In this document: positions 8,019 to 14,926 of the stretch, piece by piece
Position numbering within the stretch: the stretch's first letter is position 1
How the letters are laid out: each line of letters begins with the position of its first letter
Source: a virus
IMG/VR virus record: IMGVR_UViG_3300036790_000500
Span: 1 to 64,000 of that record
Strand: one strand, 5' to 3'
DNA: 64,000 nt
The notes under the pieces: model-generated
What the model saw: the letters and a program-made list of their open reading frames with translations, nothing else
Database searches by the model: none
Told to the model about the DNA's origin: nothing
Program-made: the position numbers and the translations under genes

Positions 8019-8470
8019 GGCAGCGCCCCCGTCCCCCGGGCCACCCAGGGGAGCAGCCCCATCGCTCCGGCCACCCACTCCGCCACCGGGAGCCCGCCCG
8101 CCGCGAAGCCGGCCCCGACCAGCGCCTCGACCCCGTCGCAGAGGGCCTTCTCGCTGTTGCGGACCTCCGCGGGCCGGGCCGAGCCCCCCACCGAGAGCCG
8201 CTCTCCCAGCCCGAGCCGCCGGGCGTGCCCGGCCAGGGCGGCCGTGCAGACCAGCCGGGCCCGCTCCTGCGACAGCCGGCCCTCGTCCCACTCGGGCCGG
8301 AGCCGGAGCAGGCGCTCGGCCACCAGGAGGTCCAGGACGCTGTCTCCAAGCCACTCCAGTCGTTCTGAGTGAGGCCCGGAGCGGTCGGACCGGTGCCTCA
8401 AGGCCTGACGGAAGAGGGCCTCGCCTAGACGACCCTGCAACTCCGCCCAGACGACGGCCGGCGCCGTCAC
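8015..8470 (-). CDS. rnc: ribonuclease III, catalytic domain only (no dsRBD)
   Basis: ALRHRS, signature ERLEWLGDSVL, EGRLS..RARLV and KALCDGVEALVGA; all four catalytic acidic residues present; ends after about 151 aa. Confidence 0.92.
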   Translation of the reverse strand: MTAPAVVWAELQGRLGEALFRQALRHRSDRSGPHSERLEWLGDSVLDLLVAERLLRLRPEWDEGRLSQERARLVCTAALAGHARRLGLGERLSVGGSARPAEVRNSEKALCDGVEALVGAGFAAGGLPVAEWVAGAMGLLPWVARGTGALP

Positions 8471-8667
8471 AGGAACACCGCCGCGATGGAGTTGCGGTGC
8501 CGCTTCATGACCCGGACGGCCCGGGGGACGACGCCGATGCGGCGGCACAGGGCCCGCGGCGACTCCACGGACGTGTTGGTCAGGCCGCAGACCTGGCTCC
8601 AGGCGTCCATGTGGTCGTGGGCCTCGACAATCCAGACGTCGGTCTCCGTCTCAACGGCGTACATCAT
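8467..8667 (-). CDS. hypothetical protein
   Basis: GAGGAG RBS; first gene of the RNase III operon. Confidence 0.65.
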   Translation of the reverse strand: MMYAVETETDVWIVEAHDHMDAWSQVCGLTNTSVESPRALCRRIGVVPRAVRVMKRHRNSIAAVFL

Positions 8668-8709
8668 GTCAGGGTCTCCTCTCGCTGTTTGCTGTGTGCT
8701 TTGCTCGGC

Positions 8710-8774
8710 GGCTCCCGGGGGACTCGAACCCCCGCGGGCTATCATCCGGCGGGCTCCTGTGCCCGCGGGGAGCC
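8710..8774 (-). ncRNA. tRNA-like RNA: acceptor stem plus T arm, with D/anticodon arms replaced by a hairpin with an ACAGGA loop
   Basis: GGCTCCC/GGGAGCC 7 bp; GGGGG-TTCGAGT-CCCCC; GCGGGC-ACAGGA-GCCCGC. Confidence 0.7.
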
Positions 8775-8808
8775 GAAAACGACTAGGACGGAAACGGACT
8801 CGCTCGGC

Positions 8809-9303
8809 TTACGGCGGCGGGGAGCCGCTCCCGAGGCAGGCCCCGACGCCCGCCAGGGTGACCGCCACGGAGACCGGGCCGCAGGCCAGCCCGTCGACCC
8901 CGAGTATCACCGCGTGGGAGGCCGAGCCCCAGCGGAGGTCGTCGGGGGACCCGTCGGACCCGACCCCGACGAAGAGGGTGCTCCCGGCCGCGTCGCTGAA
9001 GGCCGCCCAGAAGCGGGGGGCGAGGCCGCCCGTCGGAACGTCCGCGGCCGGCGGAAAGAAGAGGGTCGCGTCGACCTCGCAGGTCGGGGCCGCGGACCCG
9101 ACCGGCTCCATCCCATAGAACGTAAGGGACACGGAGCACAGGGGCGCGGCATCGCCGGAGCCGGAGCCCCTGTCGGAGCCGGAGCCGGAGACGCCCGAGT
9201 CCGGGCAGGGAGCATCCGCGCCCGCCACGCCCCCGCACGCGCCGCCGCCGGCCGCCGACAGGAGGGCAGAACACGCGAGACCGAGCGTCGTTCGAGCCCT
9301 CAC
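8809..9303 (-). CDS. lipoprotein/secreted protein
   Basis: Signal peptide ending ...GGGAC; GS linker. Confidence 0.65.
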   Translation of the reverse strand: MRARTTLGLACSALLSAAGGGACGGVAGADAPCPDSGVSGSGSDRGSGSGDAAPLCSVSLTFYGMEPVGSAAPTCEVDATLFFPPAADVPTGGLAPRFWAAFSDAAGSTLFVGVGSDGSPDDLRWGSASHAVILGVDGLACGPVSVAVTLAGVGACLGSGSPPP

Positions 9304-9692
9304 GACGCCACGTCCGGATACATCGCGGCGTCGCTCAGTCCGTAATCCGCGGCCAGTTTCCGGAAGTCCTGCCGGAGGTTCGCGTTGCTGGACTCGTCAT
9401 GGGTCCGCTGGAGGGCCAGGGCGAACTCCCGGTCCCCATCGGACGTCAGTTCGGCATAGACCGGGCTCCGGACCGTGGAATTCGCGACCGAACCCACACC
9501 GGCGGTCGCCGGGTCGACCCATCCCCAGGCGCAGTGCATGACCCCGCCGCCGGGCGGCCAGAGCGTGTACTCGCAATTATTATAATAATAATCTTCGAGC
9601 CCATTCGAACCGCGTTGCACACAGCGGCGCCAGCCCTGGGAGGCGAGGCCGCGGACGGCCCGGTCGAACATCTCCTGCTTCGTGAGACCCAT
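9300..9692 (-). CDS. phage hypothetical protein, paralog of 1730..2146
   Basis: Shared motifs; RBS in hairpin copy 11. Confidence 0.8.
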   Translation of the reverse strand: MGLTKQEMFDRAVRGLASQGWRRCVQRGSNGLEDYYYNNCEYTLWPPGGGVMHCAWGWVDPATAGVGSVANSTVRSPVYAELTSDGDREFALALQRTHDESSNANLRQDFRKLAADYGLSDAAMYPDVAS

Positions 9693-9698
9693 TGCATC

Positions 9699-9738
9699 CT
9701 CCTGCTTGACCCGCGAAAAGCCGCGGGCCCAGTACGAG
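9699..9738 (-). promoter_or_regulatory. SD-sequestering leader hairpin, copy 11 (variant)
   Basis: CTCG-TA-CT-G-GGCCCGCG-gctttt-CGCGGGTC-A-AG-CA-GGAG. Confidence 0.75.
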
Positions 9739-9804
9739 ACGGCAAGGGCGGTACGAGACGGCAAAAGGCCGGCCCGCAAACACACCAATATCAGAGGGAC
9801 TTGC

Positions 9805-10122
9805 CTAGAGAATGACCTCGACCTGATGACCCCAGAGCCGGGGCCCCACGTGGCCAACGTACCCCTCCCCGAGCAGCGCCTCGAGGTCGTCGCTCCGGTC
9901 GTAACCCGAGAGCCAGAGGCCGGAGCCGAGGCCGTTGGGAGAGAGGGCCCGGACGAGGTACGTGAGGCCGTCCGGCACGACGGAGACCCCGTCGGCGTAC
10001 TGGTCCCGTAGGTTGAGTTGCAGGAGCCGGGCCGCCCCCCCGGGGGAGTGCGAGGCCACGACCAGGTAGCCCCCGGGGGCGAAGTCGGGGCAGGTCACCA
10101 GATAGACGCTGAGGAGTTGCAT
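9805..10122 (-). CDS. hypothetical protein
   Basis: AGAAAGG RBS before MQLLSVYL. Confidence 0.65.
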   Translation of the reverse strand: MQLLSVYLVTCPDFAPGGYLVVASHSPGGAARLLQLNLRDQYADGVSVVPDGLTYLVRALSPNGLGSGLWLSGYDRSDDLEALLGEGYVGHVGPRLWGHQVEVIL

Positions 10123-10321
10123 GTGTCTTGCCTTTCTCTGGGTGTTTCTGGGTGTCTCTGGGTGCCCCACGCGCGCGTGCACGGGGGATACGTATGCCCC
10201 GCGGACATCCGCGGGACGGGGAGGTCGCGAGCGAACGGGAGGGAACCCAAGGCGCGGGAGGCGCATGGGAGGGGGGAGCGGGGTGCCCCTAGGCCCTGGG
10301 CAAAAGCGAACTCGCAGAGTG

Positions 10322-10355
10322 CCTTGAAAGCGACCTTGAAAGCGACCTTGAAAGC
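10322..10355. repeat. 12-bp tandem repeat CCTTGAAAGCGA, three copies
   Basis: Directly visible, just downstream of a leftward TGTGGTATGAT at 10371-10381. Confidence 0.85.
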
Positions 10356-10424
10356 CGCCCCTAAGTGCCCATCATACCACAGCAAATCACAGCAAATCGC
10401 GTCTCGCCGCGAGCGCCGCGTCGC

Positions 10425-10547
10425 CTAATACGTTCCGTCGAACAGGCCCCGCAACAGGAGCCAGAGGCCGTAGAGCACGAGGCCCAGGCCCTGGACGACG
10501 TACAGGAGGGAGAGGGACGCCAGCAGGACGAAGAGCAGGGTCAGCAT
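10425..10547 (-). CDS. small membrane protein
   Basis: 40 aa, almost entirely hydrophobic. Confidence 0.5.
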   Translation of the reverse strand: MLTLLFVLLASLSLLYVVQGLGLVLYGLWLLLRGLFDGTY

Positions 10548-11017
10548 TGGGACACTTTCGCTTTCCGGTGCGCGAGGCACCCGCTTGGGACGGCTTGGCC
10601 GTAGCCTGAAGACGTGATGGGTGGCCCGCAAAGCCAAGAGTACGTTGGACGTTTTCGTCCTGGGTCAAGAGTACCCAAGGCTCTTGACCGGGCCCAATAG
10701 TTGCATTCAGTTGCTCTCTAAGTGCCTGCAAGAGCACAGAGCGCTTCAAGAGCACAGGTTTGAGAGTCGTGGTCTGGAGTCAGCGCTCGCGCCGAACGTT
10801 CAACGCACACCGTTACGTGTTACGTCGCTCGTCGCGAGCGCTGACTGCAACCCACGAGCGCATGGCTCTCTCTCAACAACTCTCTCCTCGGTTCGCTCCG
10901 TCTCCCGTCCCGATGGGACGGGAGTGGGGGAGACGGAGCGGAGCGAAGAGGGGAGGACCCGGCGAGCCGGCCTCCCGACTTCCTCAGAGAACCAGAGACT
11001 CCGAGACCCAGAGACCC

Positions 11018-11461
11018 CTAGAGGCCGGCCGTGAGGAGGGCCACGGTCTCCTCGTCGGTCAGGACGGGAGTCGAGCCGCCGGTCGCCTCAGAGGCCTTGC
11101 GGGCGGGCTGGGCCACGGGGCGCTTGGAGGCGCCCCGGAGGCGGACCAGGCAGTCGTCGGTGAGGCGGCCCGGCTGGATGCGGCAGACCACCCGACCGTT
11201 CGTGGTGACCGGCTCGGAGTCCGGGAGTTCGATGTGGCTCTCGACCCACTTGACCCCCCCGACGGACTTGGGGACGATGAAGGCCGCGGTCGAGCCCACG
11301 GCCCGGACGAAGGCGTAGTCCTTGTTCTGGGGGAGCCCGGTCTCGGTGGGCGCGGCCTCGAGTTCCAGACCCAGGGCCTGGGCACGGGCGGCGAGTTCGT
11401 GGCAGAACGCGACGTAGGCGGGGACGGGCTTCTGGTTATTGGTGCTGGCGGCGTTCGACAT
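11018..11461 (-). CDS. hypothetical protein, first gene of the leftward block
   Basis: ACAGGAG RBS; TTTGGTATAAT promoter at 11570-11580. Confidence 0.75.
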   Translation of the reverse strand: MSNAASTNNQKPVPAYVAFCHELAARAQALGLELEAAPTETGLPQNKDYAFVRAVGSTAAFIVPKSVGGVKWVESHIELPDSEPVTTNGRVVCRIQPGRLTDDCLVRLRGASKRPVAQPARKASEATGGSTPVLTDEETVALLTAGL

Positions 11462-11558
11462 GTTTCGATTCTCCTGTGTTTTTGGTTGCGTTGCGCGTGG
11501 CTTGGGACGGCCCGACTCGGGTGGGTGGGGACGCGAGTGGGCCTGGGACCGCGTCCCC

Positions 11559-11777
11559 TTATAAGAACTATTATACCAAATAATGAGTTATTATAATAAT
11601 GTTTTATTTATTTGTTATTTTTATTTGATGAGTTTATTATAATAAATAATGAGTTATTATAATAATGTTTTATTTATTTATTTATTTATTCCTTTCCTTT
11701 TTCCTTATGAGTTTATTATATCAAATAATGTTTTATTATAATAATGAATAATGGGTTCCCCATAAAACATCATTAGA
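11559..11777. repeat. AT-rich repeat tract (ATGAGTT(T)ATTATAATAA units) at the strand switch; promoter array/origin/terminus candidate
   Basis: Almost only A/T in a GC-rich genome; multiple TATAAT on both strands. Confidence 0.85.
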
Positions 11778-11978
11778 TTCGGGCCGGCTTACCCCGCGCG
11801 GGTCGGACGGGAGAGTTTCCCGTGAAACCGTCGCAACTCCGTGCCCGTCACCGGACCGCGCCGCCGGCGACCCGCGCGAGAGAAGACCGAAGAAAAACCG
11901 GAGGAAACCCGACGGGACCGTCGCAACTCCGCGCGTCACTGGCCGCGGCGGACCCACGCGCCATAGTTTGGTTCATCA

Positions 11979-12836
11979 ATGCCGCCGGTCCTTCCGCCCC
12001 TTGCCCTCTTCGTCCCCGGGACGCTCGTCTCGGGCCTCGCCGAGGCCGGACCGCGCGGTCACACGGCGCCCCTGTCCCGTCTGGACCCCGAGGCTCAGGT
12101 GGCCTGGGACCGCGACGTCGCGGACTCGCTCGCCGCCGGTCAGGCCCCCACGTTCAGGCCGGGTCCCGACGGCTCCGTCTCGGCCTCGCTCTCCAACGGC
12201 GGCGGACAGCGGGTCTATGACCCGACGACTAGGAGTTGGTCCCGCCCGGCGCCGGGCGCCGGGGACCCGAAGGACCGAGACGACGCGCGCTCCCGCCCCG
12301 CGGGCTTCGGCGGTCACGGGCTATCGCCCGTCGAGCGCGGGGACGCGTACCTCCTCGACCGCTTCTCCCGGACTGAGGCGGAGCAACGGAGCAGCGTCGA
12401 GCGGGCGGCGGACGTCGCGTTCGGGCGGGGCTGGCGCAGCCTCATCGACTCCGTCTACGGCCCGGGCGCCGTCACGCGGCTCCTTCGGGACCTCTGGCGG
12501 AACTTCTACTCCGACCACGAGGCAATCGGCGAGGTCTACCACTACTACGACGTCGCCCAGCGGGCCGCGGACCAGGTCGCCCATGACCGCAGCGGCGGTG
12601 CGCGCGGGGCGGACGCGGCCGGCGGACGACAGCGGGGTGCCTGGGACGACGCCATGAGGGCCCAGGCCCGCGACGCGATAGGCGCCTATCCGATGCGGGT
12701 CGAGCCGCGATACGACCACGTCGGGCGCGACTCCCGAGTCCGAAGCGAGCACCCCCTGTCTCCCGAGTTCTTTGCCGGTGTCTGGTCGATGAGTTATCCC
12801 AACGAAGAGGAACCGGACTGGGAACAGGACTACTGA
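11979..12836 (+). CDS. hypothetical protein
   Basis: 285-aa ORF abutting the PolX gene. Confidence 0.65.
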   Translation: MPPVLPPLALFVPGTLVSGLAEAGPRGHTAPLSRLDPEAQVAWDRDVADSLAAGQAPTFRPGPDGSVSASLSNGGGQRVYDPTTRSWSRPAPGAGDPKDRDDARSRPAGFGGHGLSPVERGDAYLLDRFSRTEAEQRSSVERAADVAFGRGWRSLIDSVYGPGAVTRLLRDLWRNFYSDHEAIGEVYHYYDVAQRAADQVAHDRSGGARGADAAGGRQRGAWDDAMRAQARDAIGAYPMRVEPRYDHVGRDSRVRSEHPLSPEFFAGVWSMSYPNEEEPDWEQDY

Positions 12837-12837
12837 G

Positions 12838-13455
12838 ATGGGGAGCGGTCCGCGGCTTCCCCGGGAGTACGCCCTCACGCGCGCCCTCCGGCTCCTTGAG
12901 GCCCTCGACGGCCGGGCGGTCCTCTGCGGCTCCCTCCGCCGCGGCCGGGACGAGGTGGGCGACATCGACCTGGTGCTCTCCGGAGTCTCCCTGTCGGAGG
13001 CCCTCTCCCGCGTCGCGGCCCTCGGCGTTCCGGTTCCGGCGCGCCCCCCGGCGGCCGCGGAGTCCCGCGGCCCGCGAACGGGGTTCCACGTCCCGACCTG
13101 GGGCATCGGGGTCGACCTCTGGGAGCCGGACCCGGTCGGCGGGCTCGGGGCCTGCGTCCTCCATGCCACGGGGTCCGGACCCCACAACACCCTGATGCGG
13201 CGCTGGGCCCGGGTGGTCCACGGCCGCTCCCTCACCTGGTCCGGCGTCGTCGACCTGGCCACGGGGGCGCGCCTGGCTCCCCCCGGGGACCCCGCCTCCG
13301 AGGACTCGACTCGGGCCCTCGTTCCCGGCTGGCCCCTCCTGCCTCCCGAGGAGCGCGAACTCGACCCGTTCGACCCGCCGGCCTGGCTCCGTCCGCTCCT
13401 GGCGGAGATGAACGAGCGCGAGGCCCGACGGTCCCCGGCCTCGTCTGAGGAGTGA
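12838..13455 (+). CDS. minimal X-family DNA polymerase (palm/thumb only)
   Basis: CGSLRRGRDEVGDIDLVL, VDL and LHATGSGPHN..MR motifs. Confidence 0.88.
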   Translation: MGSGPRLPREYALTRALRLLEALDGRAVLCGSLRRGRDEVGDIDLVLSGVSLSEALSRVAALGVPVPARPPAAAESRGPRTGFHVPTWGIGVDLWEPDPVGGLGACVLHATGSGPHNTLMRRWARVVHGRSLTWSGVVDLATGARLAPPGDPASEDSTRALVPGWPLLPPEERELDPFDPPAWLRPLLAEMNEREARRSPASSEE

Positions 13456-13503
13456 CCTCCCGCCTCTGGCCATGGCTTCCGTGGCCGGGCGCTCGGGCCT
13501 CCC

Positions 13504-13875
13504 TCAGACGCGCCGGCGGCCTCTTGGACGGTTCATGAGCGGCACGGCTGGCCACTCGGTCCAGGAGCCCGCGTCCCCGTTCGGGACCGGATTATAACTC
13601 CAGTGTCGCACGGTCCAGTGACCGAGCGCGCCGGCGCCGGGAGGCTCCTCGTCCGCCCAGAGGAACTGCTCGAGGAGGACCGGCGGTGAGAGCGGCTGCG
13701 CCGCCGACACGGCCGCCGACACCAGCGTCCTCCGCTCGATTCGGAGTCGCACGACCGGCGGGTCCCCGCGCTCGAACTCCGCGTCCCAAGCGACGCCGCA
13801 GCCGGGAAGCATCCGCTCCGCCCACTCCCAGGTCAGGTCCCTTAGGGTCTCATGGATGACCTCGGGACCGGTCAT
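13504..13875 (-). CDS. hypothetical protein
   Basis: ATGA overlap with 13872..14537. Confidence 0.6.
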   Translation of the reverse strand: MTGPEVIHETLRDLTWEWAERMLPGCGVAWDAEFERGDPPVVRLRIERRTLVSAAVSAAQPLSPPVLLEQFLWADEEPPGAGALGHWTVRHWSYNPVPNGDAGSWTEWPAVPLMNRPRGRRRV

Positions 13876-14537
13876 CCGGAGCAGCCCGGGGACGAGCACT
13901 CCACCGTCGAGAACCCCACGTAGGCCGGACCGCCGCAGCGGGGGCAGGCATGGGGAAAGCGCCCGGCGACAAGGGGGGGACCCGACGGCATGAACTCCCG
14001 CGTGTGTGTGGGAGGCGTGGGCCATTGAAACGTCGGCAGGACGCTGATGCGAAGTCGCGACGGATTAACGTCCATGGGGGCCGCCCCGCTCGGAACCAGG
14101 GGATGAGTGACCCGAGCGAGCCAGTCGACCCAGGGCATGGGCTCCACGGCGCTGCGGTCGGCCGGCTCGGTTCCGGCCGGGAACGTGTACGAGCGGAGCC
14201 GCCACGGACTCTTGACGACGACGGGGCCGAAGACGGCGCCGAAGCCGTGGCTGATGTCGGTCCACTCGACGCTCATGACGTAGTGGACGCCCGGTCGCTG
14301 CAGGGCAGTCGCAACGTCCGAGAACTTGTCGAAGTCCTGTGCTGCCGTGCTGAAGGGGACCGCACACAGGCTCAGACCGGCGTCGTAGTAGTAATGGAGG
14401 CCGCACTGGTCGGGGGCCGGAACGCAGGCGCTGTGCAAATGGCTGCTGAGGTCCACCAGTTCGTCGCTCTGGTGACGCGTTGACCCGTACTCGTCGTATC
14501 CCCATGCGGTCACGGGACGGGGGTTGGGGCTTACCAT
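13872..14537 (-). CDS. hypothetical protein with C-terminal Zn finger (PHACPRCGGPAYVGF...C...C), leaderless
   Basis: TGTGATACGAT 6 nt upstream of the ATG. Confidence 0.7.
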   Translation of the reverse strand: MVSPNPRPVTAWGYDEYGSTRHQSDELVDLSSHLHSACVPAPDQCGLHYYYDAGLSLCAVPFSTAAQDFDKFSDVATALQRPGVHYVMSVEWTDISHGFGAVFGPVVVKSPWRLRSYTFPAGTEPADRSAVEPMPWVDWLARVTHPLVPSGAAPMDVNPSRLRISVLPTFQWPTPPTHTREFMPSGPPLVAGRFPHACPRCGGPAYVGFSTVECSSPGCSG

Positions 14538-14543
14538 GCTTGC

Positions 14544-14605
14544 ATCGTATCACAGCCGCAAAACGCGGCCGGCAGCATTGATGCCGCAACTTGTTGCGGT
14601 ATGAT
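14544..14605. promoter_or_regulatory. divergent extended -10 promoters with a palindromic operator-like site ATGCCGCAAC-TT-GTTGCGGTAT
   Basis: TACGAT (-) at 14544-14549, TATGAT (+) at 14600-14605; inverted repeat 14581-14602. Confidence 0.65.
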
Positions 14606-14611
14606 GTTGCC

Positions 14612-14926
14612 ATGCAAACCCTAAGTTCCGCCGAGCGCTACGTCGTGATGTGCTTCCCCGAGGGCAGGGCGGCGGCCACCGTCGACCGGGTCGTGGGGCG
14701 GGCCGCCGCGGTCCTGGTCGTGCACCGCCGCTCGGGCAGCCTCGGCCTCCGTCACGAATCGTGGCGCGCGGTCCGTCGCTTCCTCATGGGAGAGGGGGAG
14801 CGGGTCGTGGCCCACGGGCGACGGACCCCGATGCCTGTCGCCCTGATTAGACGTGAGGCGAGCCCCTGGCCGCCGCCGCTTCCTAAGTTGAAGGGTGCCG
14901 AAGACCCCGCTGACCCGCCTGTATGA
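14612..14926 (+). CDS. hypothetical protein, leaderless
   Basis: TATGAT 6 nt upstream of the ATG. Confidence 0.6.
   Translation: MQTLSSAERYVVMCFPEGRAAATVDRVVGRAAAVLVVHRRSGSLGLRHESWRAVRRFLMGEGERVVAHGRRTPMPVALIRREASPWPPPLPKLKGAEDPADPPV

Noticed and set aside
662-9738. Leader hairpins as CRISPR repeats, hammerhead ribozymes or integron attC sites
   Set aside because: Spacing is gene-sized and sequences vary. GAAAC is present but the CUGANGA core is not. There are no RYYYAAC/GTTRRRY boxes and no integrase in the window, and each copy is tied to an SD and start codon.
7960-13555. Long Arg/Pro/Gly-rich ORFs (7960..9345, 12321..13262, 12472..13473, 11968..12657)
   Set aside because: High-GC shadow frames overlapping genes with recognisable motifs and RBSs.
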